Shown here: positions 52,521 through 63,548 of the stretch, in pieces
How positions within the stretch are numbered: position 1 is the first letter of the stretch
Layout of the letters: each line of letters starts with the position of its first letter
Source: Sphaerodactylus townsendi
Taxonomy: Eukaryota
Length of the DNA stretch: 64,000 bases
Reading direction: 5' to 3'
NCBI RefSeq assembly: GCF_021028975.2
Contig: NC_059427.1
Location: 119,908,001-119,972,000 of the forward strand
Position numbers and translations under genes: made by a program
Notes under the pieces: generated by a model
What the model was told of the DNA's origin: nothing
The model's input: the letters and a program-made list of their open reading frames with translations, nothing else
The model's database searches: none

Positions 52521-52816
52521 GAAAGAGCCTTGTAGCACAGAGTGGTAAGCTGCAGTGCTGAAGTGAAAGCTCTGCTCATGACCTGAGTTCAGTCCCGGCG
52601 GAAGTCAGTGGCAGGAAGCCAGCTCAGGGTTGACTCAGCCTTCCATTCTTCTGAGGTCAATAAAATGAGTTCCCAGCTTGCTGGGGGTGAAGGGTAGACA
52701 ACTGGGGAAGGCAATGGCAAACCACCCTGTAAACATAGTCTGCTAAGTAAATGTTGCGATGTGATGTCACAACATACCACTAATGACCCACTGTTTGCAC
52801 AGGGGATTACCTTTAC
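52521..52816 (+). mobile_element. Sauria SINE
   Basis: tRNA-like head, GTTGACTCAGCCTTCCAT core, GGGGAAGGCAATGGCAAACCACC Bov-B-related part and ACCTTTAC tail. Confidence 0.85.
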
Positions 52817-52907
52817 AAAACATTCGCACTGTGATAATTTTCATGGCATGCTGTACGATTTCCCCCCCTTCCCTTTCTGAAATTGCTTATGACCTTTCCT
52901 TTTACAG

Positions 52908-55900
52908 AAAGAAGTAAATGAGACAGCGCAGGTGACGCATGAACGAGCCCAGCAGTCTGAGAACGCAGCCAGGTCACTGAAAGAATCAGACACCCTTAAA
53001 TCTCAGCTGGAAGAGGAAAGGAGCAAGAAAGCCAGGGCTCAGCAGGAGCTCGAAGAACAGAGGAACAAACTTCTGACACTGAAGACCCAGCGGCCCATTG
53101 AAAGAGTAGAGGAGAAGGAGGTGATGGAGTATTATAGAGATCCCACTCTGGAGAGCAACCTGTCTAAACTATCTCAGCAAATTGAGGAGGAGAATAAGAA
53201 GAGAAAGTGCCTACAGGCAGAAATTGAGATGATGAACCATAAAGTCCTTCAAACAGAGAAAGATAGGAAGGTTGTGAAAGCCCAGTTACTTACTAAAGAG
53301 GTTACTAAGATAGAGAAAGATCCAAGCCTAGATGCTCAAGCAACTCATCTTAGAGAAGAAATCAGGTCTCTCAGAGAGAATTCAACTTCCTCCTCTGACC
53401 TCGAGCAACTCAGAAAAGAACTAAACTTCCTGGAGCAAAAACAGCCAAACATTCGAGAGAAAGTGGTGATAAAGGAGATGGTCAAGCTGGAGAAGGACCC
53501 AGAGATGCTAAAATCAATCAGGACATTGCAGATGCAAATTGATGAAGACAGTTTCAAGAGAAAGTCTGTGGAAGATACAATAGGAAAGCTGAAAAGCAGA
53601 ATTGAAGAGCTCGAAAAGCTGATTGAAACAGCTGAACCTAAAGTTATTGTAAAGGAGGTGAAGCAAGTGGAACAAGATCCAGAGCTTCTGAAGGAGTGTT
53701 CCAAGCTTCACACTCTAATTGAAGAGGAGAGGAACAAGACCTTGGAACTAGCAAAAGAACTGACGGACCTTCAGAACAGGTATAGCACTGTGGAGAAGCA
53801 AAAGCCGAAAGTGGAGGTTAAAGAAAGAATAAATGAGATCTTCCGGCTTGACCCAGAAACAGAAGAGGAGATTGCACGTCTGAAAAGGGAACTTCAAGAA
53901 GTTACCAGAAAAAGGAAGAGGGTTGACCAAGAGGTGGACACATTCTTATCTGAGCTCAATGTTCTCAGGTCTCAGAAACCCACAGTGGAGTTTAAAGAGG
54001 TCATCCAAGAGGTGGTGAAGATGGAAAAGAGCCCTGAGGTTCTGAGAGAAATAGACAGACTGAAACAACAACTGAATGATCTTGTGAATGCCAATGGAAG
54101 GTTCCAGGAACAGTTGATCAGGATTCAGGGAGAACGGGATGAGTGGAAGAGGGAAAAATCGAAGGTTGAAACCAAGCTAGTTACTAAGGAGGTTGTAATA
54201 TACGAGAACGACCCTCTGTTAGAGAAGGAAGCTGAACGTCTCCGCCAGGAAGTACGTGGTGCATCACAAAAGAGAAGAGCAACTGAAGATGCCATTTATG
54301 ACCTACAGAATAAGTACATACTCTTGGAAAGGAGAAAACCTGAGGAAAAAGTTGTGGTCCAAGAGGTAGTAGTTATGCAGAAAGATCCAAAGCTGCGAGA
54401 TGAGCATAGCAGGCTGAGTAGGAGCCTGGATGATGAAGTGAGCAATCGCCGACGCCTGGAACGCGAAGTCCAGCAGATTCGGGCAGTAGTGGAAGAGGAG
54501 GAAAAGTTGCTTAACTTCCAAGAAGACAGAACCAAAAGGCTTGCTTTGGAAAAGGAAATGCGGCAGATCACCTTGAGAATAAAGGAAATTGAGGAAAGTC
54601 CTACCCCGGTTCAAGAGAAAATAATCATGCAGGAAATGGTCAAATTAGAGAAAGATCCAGTTCTTGAGCAGTCTACTACTAACCTACGAATAGATTTGGA
54701 TAATGAGAAGGCTCAAGTGTTGAACCTACAGAGGGAGTGCAAGAATCTAGAATCCCAGATTGAGGCTCTACAAAAAACAAAGTCCCAGGAAAAAACCATC
54801 TACAAGGAAGTAATCAGAGTAGAAAAAGATAAAGTATTAGAAAACGAACGAGCCCGTCTTTGGGATCTGTTGAGTAGGGAGAGAACTGCTCGACAAAACG
54901 CTGAAGAAGATATCAGGCGTCTCAAGGAGAAAATTGAGAGAGCAGAAGGCATGATGAGGACATGGTCCAGAGAAGAAATGGAGCTCCAGAAAACACAAAA
55001 TGTGATTATGCAAGAAAAAGACGATATCGAGAATGAATTAATGGAACTGGAAAGGCAGAAGCAACAGAAAATCCTCTTCCTTAGAGAGCAGACTAAGCTT
55101 TTGAGCCAGAGGACAGAGAATGACAGGCAAAAAAAGATGCAACTTGGTCAAGAGCTTTCTCTCCTTGAATCAAATATACTCAGAGAGAAGGACCAGATTT
55201 ATGAAAAAGAAAGGACTATTCGTGAGCTCCAGTCCAAAGTCAACAGAGAAGAGCTGAACCAAGAGACCAGGATGAGGGAGACCAATCTTTCAACAAAGAT
55301 CTCTATTCTGGATCCAGATACTGGCAAGGACGTATCACCCTATGAGGCCTACAAGAGAGGTATGATAGACAGGAGCCAATATATTCATCTGCAAGAACTC
55401 GAGTGTGATTGGGAGGAAATCACAACCCTAGGGCCCAAAGGAGATATGTCTGTCCTCCTTGACAAGAAGAGTGGAAAGCAGTACTCGATTGATGATGCCT
55501 TACGATTTAGAAGGATTACAAAGGAAGAATTCCAGCTCTACAGGGAAGGCAAGTTACCTATCTCTGAGTTTGCTCTGCTGGTAGCAGGAGAAACAAAGCA
55601 GACTGCACCCCTGTCTATTGGCTCAATAATCTCGAAGTCTCCAGCTACATCTCCCAGTTTCCAACAAAAACAGGACTTCTTTCCTCATGCACAAATACCC
55701 TTCTGTGATGACACTTTTCCCATTGCTGGAGTGTATGACTCAACCACTGACAAAAAGTACAACATCAAATCTGCTCTTAACAAGAAGCTGGTGGACCCAA
55801 TGACAGCTCAAAAGCTCCTAGAAGCACAGGCAGCTACCGGAGGCATTGTTGATCTTATGTCTCGAGATCGTTACTCTGTCCATAAAGCCATTGATAGAGG

Positions 55901-56351
55901 GCTGATTGACGACACTTACATGCAGAGGCTGCTGAATGCCCAGAAAGCGTTCACAGGGATTGAAGATCCAGTCACCAAAAGAAGACTGTCCATAGGAGAG
56001 GCAGTTCAGAAAGGGTGGATAACAGTGGACAGTGCCTTTCCATATATGCAGGTGCAGCATCTGACTGGAGGGCTAATAGATCCCAAGAAAACTGGTCGTA
56101 TCCCAGCGGCGGAAGCTGTCCAGATTGGCATGCTTAACAGTGATCTGGCCACGATGCTGAAAGATGAATCTAACTATGAAAAGGATCTGGTTGACCCTAT
56201 CCACAAAGAAAAAATTCATTACAAGGAAGCTATGGCTCGTTGTCGGAAAGATCCTCTAAGCGGGCTCCTCCTCCTGCCAGCTGCCTCTGATGGTTACCAA
56301 TCGTATCAGTCAGCAAATCGTTCACCCAATTTGCCCCGGTACAGGCGTTGA
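52908..56351 (+). CDS. EVPL: Envoplakin exon 22 (coiled-coil rod, linker and C-terminal plakin repeat domain)
   Basis: 3444-nt open frame after tttacag|. Contains KEVxKxEKDP rod repeats, linker ECDWEEIT, and PRD motifs QKLLEAQAATGGIVD and TGGLIDP...CRKDPLSGLLLLP. The PRD distinguishes envoplakin from periplakin. Confidence 0.98.
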   Translation, partial: KEVNETAQVTHERAQQSENAARSLKESDTLKSQLEEERSKKARAQQELEEQRNKLLTLKTQRPIERVEEKEVMEYYRDPTLESNLSKLSQQIEEENKKRKCLQAEIEMMNHKVLQTEKDRKVVKAQLLTKEVTKIEKDPSLDAQATHLREEIRSLRENSTSSSDLEQLRKELNFLEQKQPNIREKVVIKEMVKLEKDPEMLKSIRTLQMQIDEDSFKRKSVEDTIGKLKSRIEELEKLIETAEPKVIVKEVKQVEQDPELLKECSKLHTLIEEERNKTLELAKELTDLQNRYSTVEKQKPKVEVKERINEIFRLDPETEEEIARLKRELQEVTRKRKRVDQEVDTFLSELNVLRSQKPTVEFKEVIQEVVKMEKSPEVLREIDRLKQQLNDLVNANGRFQEQLIRIQGERDEWKREKSKVETKLVTKEVVIYENDPLLEKEAERLRQEVRGASQKRRATEDAIYDLQNKYILLERRKPEEKVVVQEVVVMQKDPKLRDEHSRLSRSLDDEVSNRRRLEREVQQIRAVVEEEEKLLNFQEDRTKRLALEKEMRQITLRIKEIEESPTPVQEKIIMQEMVKLEKDPVLEQSTTNLRIDLDNEKAQVLNLQRECKNLESQIEALQKTKSQEKTIYKEVIRVEKDKVLENERARLWDLLSRERTARQNAEEDIRRLKEKIERAEGMMRTWSREEMELQKTQNVIMQEKDDIENELMELERQKQQKILFLREQTKLLSQRTENDRQKKMQLGQELSLLESNILREKDQIYEKERTIRELQSKVNREELNQETRMRETNLSTKISILDPDTGKDVSPYEAYKRGMIDRSQYIHLQELECDWEEITTLGPKGDMSVLLDKKSGKQYSIDDALRFRRITKEEFQLYREGKLPISEFALLVAGETKQTAPLSIGSIISKSPATSPSFQQKQDFFPHAQIPFCDDTFPIAGVYDSTTDKKYNIKSALNKKLVDPMTAQKLLEAQAATGGIVDLMSRDRYSVHKAIDRGLIDDTYMQRLLNAQKAFTGIEDPVTKRRLSIGEAVQKGWITVDSAFPYMQVQHLTGGLIDPKKTGRIPAAEAVQIGMLNSDLATMLKDESNYEKDLVDPIHKEKIHYKEAMARCRKDPLSGLLLLPAASDGYQSYQSANRSPNLPRYRR

Positions 56352-56434
56352 GGCAAGCGCTGTACTCTTCAGTTTCCATATTCCCTCAGGTGCTTCAAAC
56401 CGTCAGCAGAGTCCATTGGCAAACAGTGTACCTG

Positions 56435-56454
56435 GTATTGTCGAAGGCTTTTAC
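56435..56454 (-). mobile_element. 20-bp ultra-truncated Penelope-like insertion in the EVPL 3' UTR
   Basis: GTATTGTCGAAGGCTTTTAC (19/20 match to the family terminus) flanked by CAGTGTAC(C/T)TG direct repeats. Confidence 0.75.
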
Positions 56455-56603
56455 CAGTGTACTTGGTACTTGTGGATGGGTGTAAGCTGTACTAGATAGC
56501 TAGTCCTGTTTCCTTATACCAAGGCAGCAAAGTATTTCAAGGAGAAGCTTGCTTTCCTGAAGGTAGAAGGGTTCTAATGCAGTATACTGTGGGACAGCAA
56601 TTG

Positions 56604-56685
56604 AATAAATAAGCTTGGGGGGATTTTTAGCTATGTCTTTGTATCAAGATGCTTTGAGTTAAATTGTTGCCATGCATGCAATAAA
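56604..56685 (+). terminator. Candidate EVPL polyadenylation signals (AATAAA at 56604 and 56680)
   Basis: First canonical hexamers about 250 and 330 nt after the stop codon. Confidence 0.5.
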
Positions 56686-58185
56686 AAATTTAAAGATTTA
56701 AGACTCCATTAGTTATTTTTAAAACTGGGGACACTTCAAATCAGAATCCCAACTGTGATGAAAGGTGTGGAGGTAAGCTTATATTTGAACTGAACTCAAG
56801 AGCAATAGGGAAAGAGATTTTTTTAAGAACACCAATAGTGAGAGAGGTTACATGGAAACTCCTAAGCGAAAGCTGCATGCAACCCCAGACAGGACAATAG
56901 GCTTTAGAATGTCAGCTTCTGTGTAGAAAGTACAGCACCCATATTTTCAAGCTTCAGGTAACAATGAGGGCTAGCAACTTGCTTTAGAATGACCACTAAA
57001 TGCAATAAGACCCAGATCTTCAAAATAAAAAAGGGGACAGAGTCACAAATATATATGCCAAGTGGTCCATCACTTGTCAAGAGGGTATTTTAAAAGAACA
57101 AGTATTTTTTTCAAAGCTCAAGGTTAACCCAGGCATGTTTTATTTTCTTTCGTGCATGAGGAAACTTCTATAATAACATTAACAATTAATGATTAAAAAT
57201 AACTTCAAACATTAACAGGAACTCTTAGACATGTAACTGTAGTTGGCCAAGAGCTGAAAATGGGAGTTTGTTGAATATTTATCCTTTGATGTTCCATACC
57301 ATATAACTCATTCAGCTTCTCTTCTTGGCATAATAATGAACAAATTTGACATTGTGATTGAACTAAAAATTAAAACTCTTAACATTATTTAAAAGGACAT
57401 TGCCCTCTCTACCATTAGGAACCCCATTTCTTAATATACATTGTTGTTTGTACCATTGAGAACATTAGCTCTATCTTGAGGGGAAATCTTCCCTAAGTGC
57501 GGAAGCAGTTTTAATGTACCACACAAGATATGATAATGACAGATGCTGAAAGAAAGTCAGGTTATTATATTACGTTTCTTGATGACTCAAGGAAATCGTG
57601 GTGATACCCCAACACATAGTACCCTGTTCACTGTACCTTCTACGGGCTGCATCAATATAGTCTACATTACTTTAACCAACTTTTCTGTGATTTATCTAAA
57701 CAGCTCACAAATGTGGTTGCTGAAGAAGAACACAGCCAAACTTCTGCTCCATTCTGGCTACTCAAACAGAAAGTAGTCTTAAGGCTAGCAGTGCAATTCT
57801 ATGATGAGTTATGCCAGACTAACCCAACTGACTTCAGTTGATTTTGACAGGAGTAACTCCATATGGGATTGCTCTTTGAGAATCACGTTGGTTCAGTCTT
57901 CTTCTCTAGGGCAATAACTGATAGCCTCAAGCTTGTGTGTCTCATTGAAAGAACATACAACAGCTATAAGAAGTTATGCAGTTTACAAGAGCCAAAATTT
58001 ATATTAACATAATATTAGTCCCACCAAAGATTGAAAGCATCTTAACCAGATTCCACTGTAGTCATTCTAACATCTTGTTTAATTATTAGGAAGGGTTTAC
58101 GCCAGAGGGCCCTTCCTGCAGAAGCCCAGTTTAAAACCGCTTCTTCTCCTGGGCTATATTTCTTTACCACTCTGTGGCTGGCATC

Positions 58186-58266
58186 TCATGGTGCCTGCCA
58201 GAAATACCGGTGAGTCAAAGCAGCTTTGGCTGAGATGCGCCTGTTGGGATCGTATAGTAGTAGTTG
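58186..58266 (-). CDS. CDK3: Cyclin-dependent kinase 3, last coding exon (QLLLYDPNRRISAKAALTHRYFWQAP*)
   Basis: Kinase subdomain XI of the CDK2/3 family. Acceptor ttacag|, TGA stop. Confidence 0.9.
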   Translation of the reverse strand, partial: QLLLYDPNRRISAKAALTHRYFWQAP

Positions 58267-58358
58267 CTGTAATAAAAAGGGAGAAAAAAATAACCCCTCC
58301 AAAGGCTTTAGCTCCAGCCATTCACACATGTATATACAAATAAACATTTTAAGCCACT

Positions 58359-58594
58359 GTATTGTCAAAGGCTTTCACGGCCGGAATCACTAGGGTGTTG
58401 TGGGTTTTCCGGGTTGTATGGCCGTGTTCCAGTAGCATTTTCTCCTGATGGGTTTTCCGGATTGTATGGTTGTGTTCCAGTAGCATTTTCTCCTGATCCT
58501 CTGAAGATGCCAGCCACAGATGCAGGTGAAACGTCAGGAGAAAATGCTACCGGGACATGGCCATACAACCCCAAAAACCCACAACACCCTAGTG
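58359..58594. mobile_element. Penelope-like element, fold-back fragment C with a duplicated left arm
   Basis: Same terminus, TSD ATTTTA(A/T)GCCACT. Hammerhead at 58497-58539 with stem II closed by G-U. Confidence 0.8.
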
Positions 58595-59857
58595 ATTTTA
58601 TGCCACTGTTTTTAGTTTTAAAAGATGGCTTCTATCCGTTAAAAAACAAAATTATTAATCAAAAGAATACTAATCAAACAACAGCAACATTTAAAAATAA
58701 TCACCATTAAAACAGCCAAAACATAAAGTCACTAGCATATTATAAAACTTGAGCAAAAGGGTCACGCAATTGGAGGGATAATAAAATCAAATACATAAAA
58801 TAATACACACTGAAAGCAGGACAATAGCCCCATAAGAAGCTCAATAGCAATACATTAAAAAGAAGCAAAAAAAGTTCATCAGGAAAGCTATGTAGAGTTA
58901 GATGATGAGGAAACTAGAAGCAGCAAAAGGCAGAACCAACCAGCAACAGCCTACAAAAATGCCTCGGAAAATAAAAAGGTTTTGCCTCATGGCTGAAACT
59001 CACTATGTGCAGTACCAGATAAGCAGCAGTACGAAAGATGTTCCGGAGAAGGCGCCACTACTTAAAAGTAACGACTTGCCTCACCTCAATAGATGGGGGC
59101 ACACAGAGCAGGGCATCGAAAGAACAATCTTAATTAATAGGTGGCTTCATATAGAATCAGGTGAATTTTTTGATAGCTCAATCTCCAGTGTCTCCTAGGG
59201 TTTAAAGGCTGGCTATGAAAACCAATTAGCACCAAGGATAGTTCTTTAAGTGTGGCAAGATGTGTTCTCTGTAATCTGGTGTTGCATTTTGAATCAAGTT
59301 ATGTTCCCAAACAGTCTTCAGGGGCAGCTAAACATAAGAGGATACTGGAATAATCGAATATAGATGTGATCAGCCAACAAAGATGATCTGCAGACATGGT
59401 TATAGGAGTACTCCCAAACTGCGAATTTGCTCCTTTACAGGAAACCTCATCCTGCCAAGGTTGATTCCTAACCCCTCTCACGTGCCAGTATAAATCATAA
59501 GAAAGCACCCTAAAATACTGAGTGACAATGCCAGTCTTCACTAACGTCAGAACAACACAATACTGTTATTTATGTCTCCTGAGAGGTCAAAGCTAGGAGG
59601 AACTGGAAAAGCAGGTTGAGGGAAATTATACATTTCATGTTGGAAGGCTTCAGTTTATCTTGTAGGCATGTTTACCTGGAAGTAAGTCCTATTGTGTTCA
59701 GCAAGATGTACTTCCAGATATGTATACATGAAACAGTCATTATCTAACCAGGTCATGATAAGCCACTATTTTAAAATCTCTTTTTTTCATTTATAACACA
59801 GCCTGATCTAGCTAACTGTTTCCCAATAAGAGCTTTTACATATGTAATATAGGAATA

Positions 59858-60150
59858 AGAGCTGCGCATTATGAGATGAGTGGTTAAGATTGCTTGCACT
59901 GCACCGCACTCCTGCGCAGATCAAGGAGTTCAAGCCCCCTGTGGGTCAGATATCCTGGCAGCTGCCTCATGGTCAACACAGCCATCCATCCATTTCTTGC
60001 TTGGTAAACGAGTACCTAGCTCATAGCTAGGGGGTAAAGAATAGCCGGGGAAAGCAATGGCAAACTACCCCACAAAAGAGGCTTGCCTATGAAATCACTG
60101 ATCTCAGTGGTACCCCAGGGTCGGACACAACTGAAGGGGAAACTTTACTT
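59858..60150 (+). mobile_element. Sauria-type SINE
   Basis: tRNA-like head, GGGGAAAGCAATGGCAAAC and Bov-B-like GTCGGACACAACTGAA tail. Confidence 0.7.
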
Positions 60151-60327
60151 TTTTCTGTATAGAATAATGCAGCTCTTCTAACATTGTGATTCAAGCCATA
60201 TCTCACTATCGGTCTTCCTCAAGTGTGGATCTCAGATTGGTTTGACTGTTGCAACTCTTAGTTTCATCATCCTTGTCACAAGGATAAACACAACAAAATC
60301 TAACTGTCCCACCAGCCGGCTACTCAC

Positions 60328-60531
60328 TGCCAGTAAGTCTCGTCCATCTCGGTCCAAGTTGGAGATTACTGCCTTCAAATCTTTCCTTGGCCATTTGGGG
60401 AAATTTCCTTTGTAGTCAGGAAGCTGAGTCACTCCTGGCCACACGGATTCAGTAGGTGTGCCAAGAGTCCGGAAAATTCGAAAGAGCTGGTCAATTTCGG
60501 AATCCCCAGGAAACAAGGCTCTTCTGGTCAC
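60328..60531 (-). CDS. CDK3: Cyclin-dependent kinase 3, penultimate coding exon (204 nt)
   Basis: [26 protein letters not shown]...[10 protein letters not shown]...[15 protein letters not shown] and GRDLL are CDK3-type, not CDK2-type (GVTSMPDYKP, GRSLL). Adjacent to EVPL as in human. tag| and |gtgagt. Upstream exons were not found in the window. Confidence 0.93.
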
Positions 60532-60646
60532 CTAGAACAAGAAAAGAGCTGGTCCAGGTATCTTTCCAGTACTATGGTTAGAAAAGGCTGTCTAGCCATA
60601 AAATCTTCAAAACAAGAACACTATGGACAATATTCTAAGTAATGTT

Positions 60647-60937
60647 GATAAGCCCCACCCGCAATACAATACTATCAACCACATCTTTGCATAACAAGTT
60701 CCATCCAAACACTTACTGATTGGTTCCCCACCCTGGGACATAGACAATATACACCCCAAACATTCCCTTCTCTCTGAACACAGTGTGTAACAGACTTCCC
60801 TCTGTGATACACCTCTGAAGATGCCAGCCACAGATGCAGGCGAAACGTTAGGAACAAGATCCACCAGACCACAGCCACACAGCCCGGAAAACCCACCACA
60901 ACTAGTTGAATACAGCCGTGAAAGCCTTCGACAATAC
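60647..60937 (+). mobile_element. Penelope-like element 3' end, copy D (291 bp, not inverted)
   Basis: Ends GTGAAAGCCTTCGACAATAC. Perfect 15-bp TSD ATTCTAAGTAATGTT (60632-60646, 60938-60952). Confidence 0.85.
60812..60852 (+). ncRNA. Minimal type I hammerhead ribozyme (PLE-type)
   Basis: CCU / CUGAAGA / U / GCCAGC-CACAGAU-GCAGGC / GAAA-CG-U / U^ / AGG. The catalytic core is intact, with stems I and II and a palindromic minimal stem III (ACGU). Confidence 0.8.
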
Positions 60938-61903
60938 ATTCTAAGTAATGTTTCTCTTTACCACAATGATTCCAGGGAGAAAGAAAGCTGGGAATGTCCA
61001 ATTAGTGCTTTGGGAAACTGAACAGATCTCCACTGTAGAAACTCAGAAGGGTCAGGTATAACGCCAAAAATTGTCTCAGATATAAACCTAAATGGCCAAG
61101 AAAGTTTCTTGAAATGTACAGCTTGGAAAATAGCCCCTGCTGCAAACCTCTTATGCCTAGTGATCCAGCAGTGCACCAATATAGAAATGTATGGACAAAG
61201 CCAGTCTCCCACACCCATCAGATAATCTGTAGAGGAACAGAGAACCAGACTAGCAAGCCAAGCAAGAATGAAGTTCTATGTATTTGGCTCTGAGCAGTTT
61301 TTTTTTTCTTCTTCTTACAGGTATAGCCAGAACATGGGACCTTGGTTTGTACTGGGCCTATGGCATGGGGGCAAGGGAATTAAGATTTATCCTCACACTG
61401 ATTCTCAGTCCAAAACAAACTTGCTGGGCTGATATTTGGTTGACTGAAACATGCAAATCCTGTATCAAACCTTGTACGTTTGTCCCAAGAAACAAGCTGC
61501 AGGGTTTACCTGTAAATTTAAATGGATTTAACAGTCAATGCTCTCCACAGGAAGCTGTAATATTGCAAGTGGGATCTCTAGCAGAATTCTTGGCACTCTC
61601 ACTGAACTACAATTCCAGGATTCTTTGAGGTAGCCATGACAATTAAACTGGTATTTAAATTGTACATGATGTAGCAGAGAGACAGGGGAAGGCAGGTCCA
61701 GATTCCCAGTCAGGCTTGAAGCCCACCGTGCAAGTTTGAACCAGTGACTCTACCACTCTGCTAGCAAAAATCACTTAGCAAAGCCTTTCTCCAGTTTAAG
61801 GAGACTTTCTGTGAGGGAAGTGGCTCCTTAGGCTGAAAGAAGACTTCAGACTTGCTAAAGCAGTCTTACCTTACCCATCATAAGCTTGCTGTAAGGCCTA
61901 TGG

Positions 61904-62039
61904 CCGTGGTGGCGAACCTTTGGCACTCCAGATGTTATGGACTACAATTCCCATCAGCCCCTGCCAGCATGGCCAATTGGGGGGGCTGATGGGAATTGTA
62001 ATCCATAACATCTGGAGTGCCAAAGGTTCGCCAACACTG
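61904..62039. mobile_element. Palindromic hAT MITE
   Basis: Near-perfect about 58-bp inverted arms. Perfect TSD GCCTATGG. Confidence 0.9.
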
Positions 62040-62219
62040 GCCTATGGCATGGGGGTTGTAAGGCTAAAAGGGAAAATCATATATGCTAGTGTTAACTACT
62101 TAAATGAATCATGGCATAAAAATGGAAAATAAAAGACAAGTGAATGTGTTGGCTCTTGCATGGTACCAGCAAATAGTGTTGATAGATCTTTCCGCCAGCA
62201 GTCCTTTAAAGGACCAAAG

Positions 62220-62600
62220 GACAGCATGGTGTAGTGGCAGAGGCATAGCAAAGGGGGAAAGCGCCCGGTGCACTGGTGCGGCCTCTGCCCCCGCCCTGCC
62301 CCCACCACACCCCCACAGGGGGCGCGCCCAGTGCATCGCACACACCCATGGCCCCCTCGGAGCTACACCTCTGTGTAGTGGTTAAGAGTGGGGAACTCTT
62401 GTCTGGAGAACCGGATTTGATTCCCCACACCTCCACATAAAAGCCTGCTGGGTGGCCTTGGGCCAGTCATAGTTCTCTCAGACTTCTCTCAGCCCCACCC
62501 ACCTCACAATAGGCCTGTTATGGGGAGAGGAAGGGAAGGAGTGTGTAATCCACTTTAACTCTCCTTACAGGAGAGAATGGTGGAGTATAAATCCAAACTC
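62220..62600 (+). mobile_element. Squam3-like SINE interrupted by a hAT MITE (62238-62373)
   Basis: The MITE's TSD TGTAGTGG duplicates the SINE A box. Confidence 0.8.
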
Positions 62601-63113
62601 ATTTATATAAAGTATTTGTGAAGTGCTGAGAAAAAAATCACTCAGGATATTGTGCAATGTGCTCCCATATCTTTTGGCCCTGCAGCAGTAATGATGATTC
62701 TCTAGGTCGCATGTCCTATAGTGTTTTCTTGAACTTCATGCTACAACTATGTTTTGTGCAGCTTGTACCAGTACAAAGAGTCTTCTTTACTGCCCTTTCT
62801 TCTTATGTGCTAGCAACCTCTAGTGGTTATTACTATATTTTTTCACGTATCAAGATTCTTTTTAAAACAGACAGATATAGGAGAGGTTGGAAGCAAATTA
62901 GAAAAACAGTTCTGTACATTTGACTAGAGTTCAGCCAAATATTCAGAGAATGAACCAAGTTAAATGAAAGCACCTTCAAGTATCAGCACTTCACTAACAC
63001 CAGCTGACCTGGCATCTGCCCAACTTATTCACCATTACTTCAGGATACTGACAAGATATAGTGTAGGAAGAATCAACATGGTGAATCCAGTTTTGTTGTT
63101 CACTTATGAATAC

Positions 63114-63548
63114 AAGAAGAAGAAGAAGAAGAGTTTGAATTTAGGAAGGAGTCTCCTGCAAGGAGACTCAAGGTGGCTTACAAACTCCTTTCCCTTCCTC
63201 TCCCCACAACAGACACCCTATGAAGCAAGTAGGGCTACAAGAGTTCTAAAAACTGTGACTAGCCCAGTGGCATAGCGCCAAGGGGGCGGGGGCGAGGGGT
63301 ACACGATGCACCGAGTGTGCTCCAGTACAGGGGCATGGCAGGGCCCAGGGCGCACATGTGCCCCAGGTGCAGTTCCACCTCGCTCTGGCCCATGACTAGT
63401 CCAAGATAATTCAGCAGGAATGTAGGAGTGCAGAAACACATCTGCTTCACCAGATAAACCTCTGCCACTTAGGTGGAGGAGTGGGAATCAAACTCAGTTC
63501 TCCAGATTAGGATCCACCTGCTCTTAACCACTACACCACACTGCCTCT
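63114..63548 (-). mobile_element. Squam3-like SINE interrupted by a short hAT MITE (about 63265-63393)
   Basis: (CTT)n tail. The insertion is flanked by GACTAG(C/T)C. Confidence 0.75.

Noticed and set aside
52932-56351. Stand-alone 1139-aa gene, or periplakin/desmoplakin
   Set aside because: It is the terminal exon of a spliced gene (acceptor at 52907). The single PRD, the N-terminal sequence and the CDK3 adjacency indicate EVPL.
60232-60531. CDK2 or CDK1 assignment, and the ORF extension VSSRLVG...
   Set aside because: Diagnostic residues and synteny favour CDK3. The extension runs past the GTGAGT donor at 60327.
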